The translations under genes and the position numbers were made by a program. DNA of 64,000 nt from the human T2T-CHM13v2.0 reference genome, Homo sapiens. The notes under the pieces are model-generated. The model was not told the origin of the DNA, did no database searches, and saw only the letters and a list, made by a program, of their open reading frames with translations. The stretch lies in the NCBI RefSeq assembly GCF_009914755.1, contig NC_060928.1; one strand, written 5' to 3'. Below are positions 39,126 through 52,854 of this stretch, piece by piece (position 1 is the stretch's first letter; each line of letters begins with the position of its first letter).

Positions 39126-40001
39126 ATGATTTATTTAATTTGGATATCCTGATCACTGTCAAGTGAAATGGATCTCTCTCTTTGGTATTTAAGGAAGTTT
39201 GTCTTTAAAAAAAAAATAGAGTGTTTTCATACATTTTTGCTTATCCCATAAGTACAGTTGATCAAAGTCATAGTAGGTAAATGCTTTATGGGACAGCTGA
39301 CACCTTTTAGACCCTACCAGGTATTGCTAGCATGTGAGCTGCAGTTGTGGGGTCTGAGATATTTCTTTGTGGTAGTTTCATACCCATACTATAGAGTCAT
39401 GTATTTATTTTTGCCTGTTGTGTGATGTAATGCAATCATGTTCCTTTGAGTCTCCATCCCTTGGAAATCTGACTTCTTGCAGAAGGAGTAGGCACATCAA
39501 GATATTCAGGGGTGCCCCAAGAGTCTGGGACTTTCAAAAAAAAAAGATCAGGCTGAAACTGCAGTCAGATTTATGACAGCTGACAGTTTTTCAGAGGTCG
39601 CACACAGTGACTCTCCTCTCTCAGGATGACGAGGACCTGTGCCTTCAACAAGCAAAATGCTGCTCACGGTTGTCCTGCTTGCAGCCAGTCACTGTGTAAA
39701 GCCTCTCTGATGTGCACTTAAGAGTGGGTTGCTTTCTCACAAAGATGGGGTTCTGTGCAGTCACAGGTCACTTCCTTGACAACACAATCATTTCTGATCT
39801 TTATCACTGTAACCACGTCTTCTATTCCATAGGAGTTTCTTTTGATTCTCTCAGTTGCGGGGGGCATCTCTTAATCCTGGGGTAAAAGGAGAGATTGCCA
39901 TACTTAGACTCACTGTGAGTCTCCCCGGCCATTTCACGAGGAGACCACAGTGCTGCCACCAGTGCCTAAACAGGTGGCTGGCATTCGAGACTTCCTCCTG
40001 T

Positions 40002-40146
40002 TCCCTGGGTCAGAGGATAGCGGTTTCCATCATAAACCAAGATGATGAGTTCAGCCTTTATCCCTCGTGGTTCCGCTAGATGTAACTTATAGGAGTTAAC
40101 ATTTGAGGACTTTGTTCTGCATCAGATCTTACTATTTGAATGTTTA
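40002..40146 (+). repeat. 145-bp direct repeat B, copy 2 (3' UTR)
   Basis: tccctgg.tcagaggatagcggtttccatcataaacc...tactatttgaatgttta, shared with 38940-39084. Confidence 0.95.
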
Positions 40147-40219
40147 CTGTTGGATTTTGGGCATCTTATTACTGTTACTCAAAAACATTGACTCTGCATC
40201 AAGAAAGAAACAAGAAAGC

Positions 40220-40225
40220 AATAAA
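40220..40225 (+). terminator. Distal poly(A) signal AATAAA
   Basis: Followed ~20 nt later by CA, then ttttatggtgg and a long T run, a typical downstream element. Confidence 0.75.
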
Positions 40226-43200
40226 ACAAGAAATAATTCATGCTCACATTTTTATGGTGGTTTTTTTTTTTTTTTTAACTTTGGATTTTTGCTTTTCAGC
40301 CCAGGAGTAAAGGAATGCCTTATGAACACCTGTGGCCTACGTGTGGTCATGACCCAACCATCAGTGAGATTATTTGAGATATTGGTGTCTGCATCCAGTG
40401 TTGTTATCTGAGTGTTTATTACGTAAGTTGTAACACCTCTACACAGGGTGTGAGTTTAGCACTGATGAGACCAGCTCCATCATTGTATGTGGCAGTGAGT
40501 CCTGTTACGAGATTGGGTTGGGCAGAAAGGACTGTTGACATGAGCCTGTGGATGTAGGTTGGACAGTCTCAGCCTGTGACTGACTAGGCAAGGAGCGGAG
40601 AGGCAACTGTGTGAGGATTCTCAGAGCCAAATTTTTAAGCCATGTTTTGGGTTATATTTCCCCCAACACTCATTTGTGCACTTGGTGGTGTCAATCTTTA
40701 GATGCCATTTATGTCTCTTAAGACATTATGAGGCCTCAAGAAGTGTACTACTACCTGGAACAGGATGGGACTCTCTTCAGCTTGCACACTCGGTTCGGCT
40801 CCCTCTCAGGGGTGGCCTGTAGATAGAACAACAATGTCCATTTGGAGGTTTGTGTGTCTGGTTTGGTAAACAGGAGAAGAGTTGCTCCAAGTGCCATGGG
40901 ATCCTGGATTTTGTTACAGAATTAGACCAAACTCAACTGTGTGAAGCGCTGGAGAAGTGAAGATTCAGAAGGTGTTTGAATCAGGCTAAGTCACCAGGTC
41001 GTCTTTCAGAAGCAAAGCACAAGGCCACTGCAGAAGTGGGCCTGGGCAGGTGACGTGGCGGGGGCTCTGTGACCACCTCTGTGGGTCTGCAGCCAGGTGT
41101 TTAGTGGTGTGCCTGGGGCCACCCTAGTCAGCACTCAGGAAGAAGAGCTGGAGGTGAAGCAGAAGGGAATGAGGACAAGCTGGAACTGGCCAGGCACCTT
41201 TGTGTCTGTCACGTTGCTACACCACATTGAACAATGGTGATCTCAGATAAAAATGGCACTTGTTTCACTTTGGCCCTCCAGATCTCATGCCAGCAGGTCT
41301 TAGAGCCAATTCTGAATTAGACCACCAGGGAAGGGGACTCTGGGAAACACAGTTCTGGGTTAACCACGTTAACATAGTATAAGCCGCCCTGTTTAGTTTT
41401 GGAACTTGCCTACTTTGAATGACAGCATGCATGTATGAGTCCTTTTATACAGGCCCTTCGTCTAAGTGTACAATTAGTGATCCGTAGAGTTCGGACTCAG
41501 ATTGACATTGGCATCGAGAGTCACTGATGGTGCACCACTGGAGATGACAAACTTCAGGGACCACTTCTGGCTTCTGGGACTGCCTCCCAGCTTTCATCTG
41601 CCCTGCTCTGCCAGCTGTAGGAAGAGCTGACTCTGATTACTATTTAATTCTGCTAATTAAAATCCAGCAACTGTGGGAAAATAATTTACAAGCCACATTG
41701 TCTTAAATCTAAACTCTGCTTTAAGGGTTTGGCATGGCTCAAAATAATTCTAGACTGGGAAGACTGGAGGGAACTTACTTCTCTTCATACTAGAAAGTCA
41801 CCTCCCACCTCATTTTGTACATGAAAATGCTTAGTGAGGTGTAGAGAGTTTCAGAATCACCTGATGGTTGGCTACAGGATCAGAGTAGATCCCTGGCCTT
41901 CTGGCTGCCTAATAGTGGGCACCACCCAGCTTTACTTCAGTGAGTTTTGGGAACCATTTCTGATGACATCAATTTACAAAGCAAAGAGATGTTTGCTTCA
42001 TTTTCACAAAGCTAACCTGTATTCTAAAGAGCCCAAATCGATTTCTCTCCTGAAATGCCTCTAGCAGCTTTAATTGATAGGGAGTTAAAACTGGGAGGCT
42101 CTCCAGTGAGTGACCCCTGTGTATGGACCCAGAGGCAGAGAAATTCTATTGCAACAGGATTTGACATGATTAGATATAATGTTTGTTCTTGACAACTATT
42201 TCTTTTTTACCTTTGGACTTTTGAAAACTTGCATTGTAATGTTTTTAGAAGAAACAGATCAACACAGAATTCCCTTTGGTTTTATAAAAGAGAAATTCCA
42301 TCATGTAAACTATTTTGCTGCCATCTCTAGAAATGATTAGAATGATTAGAGAAATTCAAGAGTTATATGGTATGGAGCAGCCACAACGGTTATTTGGACA
42401 ATTTGAAATTGATAACAAAATATTTTAAAAGAATGTTCTTAGTATTTAGGCTTCATAGATATCTCTCTTAATATCTGTAAAAATAACCATACAACTGCCT
42501 TGGTTGTAAACCTTAGTAGTAAAGTGTTTAGATTTCTACCATGAGATGTATGTTTATTAATCAATTTTGTGCATGACTAAATTGTATTATAGAAGTTTTG
42601 AATGAGGTTAAAATACAATGTTTAAAAATATTAATGATAAAATTTCTATTCAGTATTTTTAAGAATAATGAGCACTTCATTACTGTAAATGCTTTAAAAC
42701 TGTGATTAGTAATTCAGATGTCGGTTACAAGTTCAGCTTAGTTTTATGGTTGCTTTTAATGCACTGACTTCCAAAATTTAGTAACACTAAATGGAAGAAG
42801 AACACAACTAGTCACATTAAGTCATAATTGCTCATTCTTCATTTTTCTTCATCAGTTATGCAAAGGTTTTTGTGGAAATCTGAGTAATGAATTTCCATCT
42901 TCTCTCATGGCCGATGACACAAATGTATTAAGGTTTTTATACTTTTTAACCAAAGACTTTAATACACCAAAACTCTTCATTTGGAAAGTTTTGAACAAAT
43001 TATAAAAGCAGTTTCCAGGTTTGTTTGAGTAACACCCTCACATGATTTTTGGCCAAAACATGACCTAACCCATAGAAACACTTCCAAACCCTTTTCTGAA
43101 AAGCACTCTCTCTAGCACTTTCTCCATCATCTTTTCCTGGGCCCACCCCATTTGGAGCCTTTGCTCTGAATAATCGTGGTACGGACAGAGGTAGCAAGTT

Positions 43201-44432
43201 CTAGTCTGAGGCCTTTGGCCACACCGCTACCTGTTCACCTGCATGGTCCTGCTGTAGACAACCATCTCGCCCCCAGCCCTTCCCCGCAGTGCCACCGAAG
43301 ACTTGTGGTTCTGAGCCTGCAAAGTGCTTGGCTGAGCAGAGCAGAGAGGAACTGAACAGTGTGTGTTAAGAATGGAGCCTGTGAATCACTCCTTGTGAAT
43401 CACGGCACTTTATCACTGCCCTTTCCTTAGACCTACTGAAGACAGCCTGGACAACCTGGCATGGCCAAGGGGTGGGGGGACAGCTTTGTACATCCTTTTT
43501 CCCAGTCATTTGCTTGCTTTCCTCACTCTTCTGACTACATCTTCCTGCCCTTGTTTTTCTCTTATTCCATATTTGGATGGATGTTGACCAATTTGGGGTG
43601 TCTCCTTTCTGGTCTTCCAGAAATCTTTCTAAACCCTGTAACTATGTTTCTAATCTCTTCCAACTGTTGGAAGAGGTGACTGATTACTGTTAAACTCGGG
43701 CTTTGGCTCTCAGCACCCTGCAGGGTGACCTCCTGAGGTGCCATCGTGTGGAAACTGTGCAGATGGTGAAGTACCATGTTAGGGAGATAGAGGCAAGTTT
43801 GCATGTGGGTCTGTTTAATGATACCGAATGCCTATCTGTGCTTGGTACTCTTTACCAAGGAGGGCATGATCTATTTATTTTCTTTCTTTGAAATAAGTGA
43901 ATATCAAATTTACTCCTAAATTTCATATGTTCAAATCATCTAAATGGGTTGGTTATTAGAAAGGATATTAGCTTTTTCACTCTGGATCTGTCTCTCTTCA
44001 CTATAGCCCCACTGTCTTTGCACAGTGTGGTTTCACCTGCCTGCCTCTCCATATCCAGCTCGGCGAGCATGACGTCTCCCCTGCTTTCACTCTCCAGCCC
44101 TCAACTATGTACCAAGCCTTGTTCTAGGTCCTGAGATGACAAAGTAAGTATTTGCCATCGTTGCGCTTTTATTCTAGTGAGGGAGATAGGTAATTGGAAT
44201 AAGTAAACGAAAAATCAATCATGAGGTGGGGGTGCCTACCTAGAATATTCAGAGAAGACTCAGCTGAGGAGCTGGTGTTCAAGTGAGACTGGGAAGGAAC
44301 AGCTAACAGAGGAGTTGGGTGAGAGTGTTCTGGGTGACTTATTAGAAAGTGGAAGAGTCTCTTCCAAATGACAAATGATTCTATCCTAGCTTTGAGTCTT
44401 GTGCCAAGACCTTAAAAAAAACACACACCCAC

Positions 44433-44745
44433 TGCTGTGGTCTGAATGTTGATGTTGCCCCATCCCCCCTCCATTCATGTGTTCAAATATAATATCCAAT
44501 GTGATAGAATTAAGAGGCAAAGCATTTGGGAAATGATTAAGTCATGAGGGCTCTACGCTCATGAATGGGATCAGTGCACTTAGAAGCTGGAGATGTGAAG
44601 ACACAGCAAGAAGGCGCCGTCCGTCTATGAGGAACAGTCCCTCACCAGACGCCACATCTGCTGGTGCCTTGATTTTGGACTTCCCAGCTTCTAGAACTGT
44701 TGTTTATAAATTATCCAGTCTGAGTAGCCCAAACAAACTAACCCA
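44433..44745 (+). mobile_element. MLT1A0-like solo LTR
   Basis: tgctgtggtctgaatg...atgaatgggat...gacacagcaagaagg...gccttgattttggacttcccagc. Confidence 0.8.
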
Positions 44746-46261
44746 CTTAGCACCCACTTAACACCATGTCTCTTTCAGATGGCAAGAAAACACCAATATT
44801 TTTAGAGATAAATGTTCCATTACTGTGTAGTCCAATAAGTATAAATAAGTTCTTGGCTTGATCCACTTACAGTTTTAATGGACACAAGGGAATCTGCTAT
44901 TCTTAACTTAGCATTAAACTGCGAGGAGGAATGAGTTGGTGAAATGGACATTGTAGTGGGCACCTGGCAGGGGGTGACCTTGTTATCTCAGTTTATGATG
45001 ATGTCCCCTACAGATCTGACAGCCAGTGGACACAGCCCTATCAACTTCCTGCTGTGATCATCTGCAAAGGGAACCTAGGCATCGGGAAGACATTCGTTAA
45101 AGTTCAGGAAAAAATTAGGTGTGATTTCATGGCATGACAGCCTAAAAGAGACTTTTGTGAAATTCTACAAAAGTAAATCCTGACTGTTCAAATTGCATTC
45201 CAGGGTACTGAGAAAATTTGAGCAAAAAAAAATTGCTCAACTGCTATTAGTATTTTTTTGGAATGAGTTGACAATGGTGGAAAGAGGCACTGGAAATGGG
45301 AAGACAGAGATCTTTGAAGAAATATAGAGCTAGCCAAACTTCCCACTTTATTTAATGAGGTAGGAAGTGGATGATGTAAGTTATGGTTCGTTGAGCCCAG
45401 TGAAAAGCTTGTCTGCATGGATCATGAGGATATTCTTGCAGTCCTCCCTTTAATTCTCAGTGCCTTCTCTAAGAAAGCCCCAGAACTGTTCAGGTATTTC
45501 TCCCAAATAATGTTTGTTTTTAATCCGATGTCAACTGTGTAATTGAACAGGTGACCCTATTTTAATTTGACATTTCCGGAACACTCAAAACCAAATTGGT
45601 GGCCCTCCCATTAGCAAATGTGCAGGCATTTGGTTCTGACTCATTTTGACCCTCTCCGATTCTACTTTATTCCAGTTATTTCATGCTTTCTTAAATCTTT
45701 AATATCCTTGTAAATCACTGTAAAACATTTGAGGAACAAGATGGAGCCAGGTAAATATAAATAGAAGCGACATCTCATGGCTAAAAGCGCAGGCCCTGGA
45801 GTCAGCTGGAATCCGACCCTGATTTCTTGTCTGTATAATGGAAATAACAGCTATTTCATAGGATTATTGTGCAAATATTTATGACAAGCACTGAGTACTG
45901 TGGTGGACACCAAATTAACAAGCAATAAATGTTATCATTACTTATGATGACGTGAACTAAATCAGTTATGTGAGCTTGAGATTGGACCCAGGCAAAATTC
46001 CTCAACAGTGCAAACATATAAGATAGGTGATTCCTTAAGATCATGTCATGCTAGCCCAATGTAATTTTATGTTTCTGAAAGCACAGTGACCAAATGGAAG
46101 ATGGGAAGCTGTAGGAAAATATACCTTGATGTCAGCAAAGCTTTTGACATCTCTCACAATACCTTAAATAAAGTCTTATTAAAACTTAAATGAGTTAAAG
46201 TGACATGAGCAGTAGGAGAGTTCGATTGTGTTGATTTAATAAAACCAGAAAGACTTCTAGG

Positions 46262-46437
46262 TTGTGGTTCTCAGCCCTGGTTGCACAATAGAATCACCCA
46301 GAGAGATTTTTCAAAGTACCAGGGCCCAAGGGTGCTCCAGGCTAACACACTCATGCACTCTGGGGTAGGGCCTGGGCGGTTTTTAGTTTTTAAGCTCCCC
46401 AGTGAATTTAAAGTTTAGCTAGGATTGAAAAATGCTG
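46262..46437. mobile_element. MER5B-like element
   Basis: gtggttctcagccctggttgcacaatagaatcacc...aagctccccagtga. Confidence 0.55.
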
Positions 46438-46689
46438 TGATGGATAATGGATTGTGGTGAGCCTAAAAAGGAGGAGTCTCACTGAGGGTTTTTCCTTAGC
46501 CAGCCGGTGCACATGTGTGTCATGTGATCTGTATGAGGCCCTAGGGACCATGCTCTTGGATGCACGGATGCCACTGACTAAATGCAATGAATGACAGACA
46601 GGACCTTGATTGATGTTGACAAGCTGGCCAGATGACCTGATTCAAGCAAGATGCACTTTTGAATGTCAGGTTCTAAATGTGTGTATAGG

Positions 46690-46870
46690 GCAGTGGGTCT
46701 CAGGGTATAGGCCCTAGACCAATAGCCTCAGCATCTTCTGAAACTTGTTAGAATTGTATTAATGGGATCTACCAACCTACTAATTCAAAAATTCTGGAGG
46801 GTGGGGTCAGCAATCTTTTTTCACAAGCCTTCCATGGGATTCTGATGTGTGCTAAAGTTTAAGAACCACT
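46690..46870. mobile_element. MER5A-like element
   Basis: cagtgggtctcag...aaacttgttagaa...gattctgatgtgtgctaaagtttaagaaccact. Confidence 0.65.
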
Positions 46871-48157
46871 CACATAGAAGGGGGAATCCCACTGGACAAG
46901 TACAGAATCAGAGACATCTCATTAGCAACAGCAGTGACTGAAGACAGAGTCTGTTTATTCTTGATCTATAGTTCTGTTTTATTCTCGCTTTCCCATTGCG
47001 ATGAAGACCTCATACTTGGCAGATCACGTCACTTGCTTATCTCTGTGTTCTACAGTCATTGTATAAAACTGTTTACTGAAAATCTGAGTAATTCCAGAGA
47101 CTGTTACATAGTGAGAAATGTTGAGTTTAGAGCATAATGACACAGAAATAGCTGAGAAGAACAGCAGTTGCCATATGCCAGGCACCATTATGAGCCCCTT
47201 AGACGAATATTAACTCATTGAATGAGGAAAGACATGGTCATGGTTATTGGTTGGGTAGCAAGTGTTGACAAGTGGGCTCATTTAACTTCCAATGCTTTTG
47301 ATAGGTCACTAGGAGTTCTGTGTGTCTGAGAATCTTTTTGATAATTAGTAAAATATTAACTAGTAAATACTAAAAATGAATGATCCCTTGCTTGCTCTGC
47401 CCTCTCAGTATCCACCCACCCCCAAAAAGGCAGGTGAGAGGAGGAAGAAAAATCTGCCTCCACACATTGAGGGAACAAGAGAAGGTAAAGAAGTTGGGAG
47501 AGACTATGCCAGGAGAGCTCACCCAGTTCCAGGGCATGGGACAGGTACGCAACCATCTAAGGACACACGTGGGAAACAAGGTGCCCAGGGTGGTAGAGCA
47601 CAGATACTTCCCCCTCCTCCAGCTCCTGGGGAAGTTGCAGGTCATTCATTTACAAAGGGAGGCATAAACCAGAGAGAAGAAGACAACTTGTGGGGCTTAA
47701 GAATGAGTTGCTTGGGGACCAGTCAAAAGTTGTCTGAAAGAGCTGTCATGACTTAAGGCACCTTGGGAGGAGCAGTCTGGCTACCTCAAAATGCCTAGCC
47801 TAGATTTTTCTGTGGCTGTGGCCAGCCTTAGCCCTCCCTGTTTCCTAGACTGGGGAGGTTCTGAGGCACACCATTTCAAGGATTTTGCTCCTCTGAGAGA
47901 TTAAAAATATGTTAGCATGTGTTAAGGATGCCAGAAAATCCTACAGTAAAAAAAAAAAAAACCAACAACCAACAACCTAGTTTCCACCTTTTCAGTATGT
48001 GGTCTTTCTAAAAGATATCTTTCCTTGATATGTTGCATGTGCTAAAGACTTGCACACACAACAGAAACATACAAAACAAAGTTTTCCAAAGTCCCCTCAA
48101 CCTATATCCTACTTCCCAAAAGTAATCACTTAGCAGTTTCTTATCTCTTCCTCCAAA

Positions 48158-48205
48158 AATTGATATGCATACTACAGGATGAATTGATATGCATACTACA
48201 GAATG
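48158..48205 (+). repeat. 24-bp tandem duplication
   Basis: aattgatatgcatactacag(g/a)atg twice, with one mismatch. Confidence 0.9.
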
Positions 48206-48586
48206 TATGTATGTGTGTGTGTTTATACAGATATTCTTTTTTTTTCACATAAATGATAACACTATACACACTAATCAGTTACCTTGCTCTTTAAAAATAT
48301 CTTGGGAATATTTTCATATCAGTACATGTAGATAATGATAGAAATAATAGTTCACACTCATAAAGAGATAACTAATGAATGAGCCAAGTACTGATGAGTA
48401 CTGTGTAAGTTTGTTTCATTTAATCTCAAAACTATAGGAGAGGTACCATTATTATCCTAATTTATAGTTGGGGAAGCTATCTAAAGAGGTCATGCCTACT
48501 GCCCAAGGCCACCAAGCCCAGCAGTTCAGACTCAAGAGCCCATGCTCTTGACCACTGCCACTGCAGTATACAAATCCACTCCAGTC

Positions 48587-48883
48587 TTTTTTTTTCTTTT
48601 ATCTTTTTTTTTTTTTTTTTTTTTGAGATGGAGTCTCACTCTGTCACCAGGCTGGAGTGCAGTGGCATGATCTTGGCTCCCTCCACCTTCCCAGCTTCAA
48701 GCAATTCTCCTGCCTCAGCCTCCAGAGTAGCAGGGACTACACGCCCAGCTAATTTTTGTATTTTTAGTAGAGACAGGGTCTCACCACATTGGACAAGATG
48801 GTCTCGATCTCTTGACCTCATGATCTGCTTGCCTTGACCTCCCAAAGTGCTGGGATTACAGACATGAGCCACTGCGCCCGGCC
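48587..48883 (-). mobile_element. AluS (Sc-like) with small internal deletions
   Basis: ctgtcaccaggctgg and gatggtctcgatctcttgacctc. Segments are missing after 'ttggctc' and 'ggactac'. Confidence 0.9.
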
Positions 48884-49559
48884 CACTTCACTCTTCAACA
48901 CCTGAACATAATATTTCTGTGCTTGGATGCACCACAACGTATTGAACCAGGTTCACACTGATGGACATTTGAGTTTATCTGCCTTGAGCATATCTGCACA
49001 TAATACCTTTGTGAATCTGTAAATGTATCTGAAAGATAAATTCAGTGAATCACAGCAGCAAAGAGCACAAACTGAAGTCCTGATCCCCATCCCCTCAGAT
49101 CAACCCTGTCCCCCACAGATCTCCGTGTTGGTCAATGGCACTGTCATTCACTCAGTTGCTTAGTTGACCCCTTTCTTTTTCTCATATCCTACATCCAGTC
49201 CATCAAACACATCCTTTCTACATCCCCTCAGTCTGTTCTTCACACAGCATCCAAAGTGGACCTTTCAAAACAAATCATGTCACTACCCTGCTTTAACCAA
49301 ACTCTAGTGGTTTCCCATCACATTAAAACAAAGTGTTAAGTACTTATGAGGCCCTGAAAGGCTGGCAGTTGTTGGGATGCAATTTAAGCTTCTGCACAGC
49401 CACTCAAAATAGAGTTGCTCAAACAAAATAGCAACTTCTCAAACCTTTATAGCAGTCCAGAGGGCAGGTGGGCCATTTGGGATGGAGAGTGGTTCTGTTC
49501 TACAAGGCCAACTGAAGACCCAGGTTCCTTCTGTCTTCTTACTCCTCCAACATCCAGGG

Positions 49560-49785
49560 CAGTAGTTCTCAACTAGGGGTAATTTTGTTCCCTGGGGTAC
49601 ATTTGACAATGTCTGGAGACATTTTTGGTTTTAACAACTGGGGAATGAAGAAGGGTGTGTGTTAGTGTCATCTAGTGGGTAGAGGCCAGAGATGGCTGCT
49701 AAACATCCTACAATACTTTGAACAGCCTCCGCAACAAGTTATCATGGGTCCAAAATGTCAGTATTGCTGATGTTGAGCAACCCTG
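49560..49785 (+). mobile_element. MER20 (hAT-Charlie), full length
   Basis: cagtagttctcaac...catttgacaatgtctggagacatttttgg...gctgctaaacatcctac...ttgagcaaccctg. Confidence 0.85.
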
Positions 49786-49793
49786 TTCTTGGG

Positions 49794-49973
49794 CAGTGGT
49801 TTTGAAGCTTGAGTCCCCTGGAGGGTTTCTTAAAATACAGATGGCTGGGCCCCACCCCCAAGGTTTCTGATTCAGTAGTTCTGGAGGGGGGCCTGAAAAT
49901 TTGCATTTTGGTAAGTTTCCCGATGATGCTGAGGATGCAGGTCCAAGGACCACACTTTCTTTAAGAAACTCTG
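49794..49973. mobile_element. MER5A
   Basis: cagtggtttt...cctggaggg..tcttaaaatacagat.gctgggccccacccc..gtttctgattcagtag...ggaccacacttt. Confidence 0.8.
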
Positions 49974-50015
49974 CCCTGGAGACTTTGCCTTGTCCACAGG
50001 GAAGAAATAGGCTTA

Positions 50016-50555
<540 letters not shown>

Positions 50556-52475
50556 TTATTACAAAGGGAAGAAGGGAATGTGGATATTAGAGACAGTTCA
50601 CAGTCTCTGCTGAAAGGCTCTGCCAAGATCTGCCCCCACCCCTCCTTGCTCTCAGACCTTGCTTCCTACCTCTCCTCCTCACTTACTGCAACTCTCTGGC
50701 CTCTGCTCTGCTGACAACCCCCATGCTCCCTCTCAGGGCATCTGCACTCATTGCTCCATCTGCTTTGGAAGCTCCTGTCCTGGTCAGACATTTGGTTTGT
50801 TTCCTCACTTCACTGTGGTCTCACCTTGTCTAATAGGCAGCCCCTGCCCCCTCTGCCCTGTACTCTCTATCCAGCCCTGTCCATGCTAATTACTGCTCTC
50901 TGACAGTATAGTCCATGTTTGGTTGCTTATCTGTCTGTCCCTGCCACAGGAAAGTAAGATTTGTGAGGAAAGGGTCTTACTTCCTCACTGTTGTTATATC
51001 TTGGGCAGCACTTGGACATAAGAGGCAATCAGATATTCACTAAACAAATGAAAGTGCATCTTGCATTTTTGACAGACGCTGCCAGATTGGTGTTTAGAAT
51101 GTAAATCCATGAGCCTGCTCAACCCTCATTAATATGGAATATTTTCTTTGAGCTTCTTGTGCCCAGTGTGGTTGCAAATAGGCCTTGCGGGCCTGGAACA
51201 TTCATCACTCGCCTCTGCCTCGCTGGGGTGGCCTCATCTCCCCAGGTTCCTTGAAGCTGCACTTCCCAGCTGGGATGTGAGCCAGAGGAAACAAGGGGGT
51301 CTGGCTGCAAATCCTTCTAAGGAGGGGACCCCACCTCTCAGAGGAGTGTGTGATGGTCACACCCATTTAACGTGATAGCCCAATCAAGGGAGAGGCCATA
51401 GATTCATCTGATTTAGCCCCCCAGAAAAAAATCATATCCTTATCTAAACTATCTTGACTTACAAGATTCTTAATGGCTCAAAAGTGCTTTATCAGCTCAA
51501 GCTGATCTAAGAAAATAAACATTTCATAATTGTGATAATACAAGTGGCTCCAGACGAAAGAACAGCTCAATCCTGATGGATGGTTCTTATAAATAAACCA
51601 GGCAATCACACACTGCAGAAATAACTAGAATTTCTATGACTTCACGGGGAGCCAAATGGAAATGCCCTTGCCAAGTGAATGCTAAAGTCATCCCATAGTC
51701 AAAATGTGGTCAGGCGCTAAGTGTGAGCCAAAACATTTTGCTGCAGCTACAGCCATTCCTCAAGTGGAACCCAGTTAACTTGGGTCCTCAAATTGAATTT
51801 TTATGCTTTGATTTTTAGGGAAAGGGAATACACTATAACAAAATATTGCACATAGAAAGGGTCTGATTAAAACCAAAGAGAAACAAGATACCAGCGACCA
51901 GCAGCAGGCTGGAAATCGGGTTTGACTCAGTGGCTTATGTGTTGCATGTCTACAGACTACATCATCTGGACTTACAGCGCCCTGCAGCCCAGCAGTGTCC
52001 TGGATGATTAAAAGCAGGCCCAGGCATTGATTCATGAGACAGAGATTTTCAGCATCACTGGTGAAAATAAAAATAGTTTCCTTTTAGCCAGAAAAGGTCA
52101 GCTATCAGAAGAACCTCATTTCCTTAGCATTTTAATTTTTGAGATTTTATGGTGATAAGAAGAAACAAATTATTTTTCAACGCAGTGCATTCTAACAATT
52201 TCTCTGGAAAATTGTATCTTCTGAGGCCAGGCATCCATGTGGTCTTTTTTTGGTGGACATAATAGTAGCCAAGACAAAACCAGGGAGGCCCAGCTTTGCC
52301 TGCTGGCTCAATTCTGAGACAACTGGTACCTCCCTGAGAACAGGGCTTCACTCAAGACAGGTTGGCCAGAAGATGTTATTTGGTTCAGCCTATCTCCATA
52401 CCTTCCCCTGGAGCAAATGTCATGATTTCTCATATTGCCCAGTCTCTAAATCCTCTTGGTAACTAGCTTGGTGGT

Positions 52476-52854
52476 TGTATTATTCCTTTTTCACACTGCT
52501 ATAAAGATACTACCTGAGACTGGGTAATTTATAAAGGAAAGAGGTTTTATTGACTCACAGTTCTGCATGACTGGGGATGCCTCAGGAAACTTACAATCAT
52601 GGCAGAAGGTGAAGGAGAAGCAAAGGCACGTCTTACATGGTGGCAGGTGAGAGAGAAAGTATGAGCAAGAGCAGGGAAAACTGCCTTATAAAACAATCAG
52701 GTCTCCAGAGAACTCACTCACTACCACAAGAACAGCATCGGGGAAAAGCCCCCATGATTCAATCACTTCCCCTCAGGTCTCTCCCTAGACATGGGGATTA
52801 TGGGGATTACAGTTCAAGATGAGATTTGGGTGGGGACACAGCCAGATCGTATCA
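52476..52854 (-). mobile_element. THE1D/MSTA-like MaLR solo LTR with perfect 5-bp TSD
   Basis: TG...CA ends. GTGGT at 52471-52475 and 52855-52859. Confidence 0.9.

Larger units (their letters stand above)
38411..40248 (+). other. TBC1D1: TBC1D1 3' UTR (end approximate)
   Basis: Follows the stop codon and has no recognisable interspersed repeats. Ends ~20-25 nt after AATAAA at 40220, where a GU/U-rich tract follows. Confidence 0.8.
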
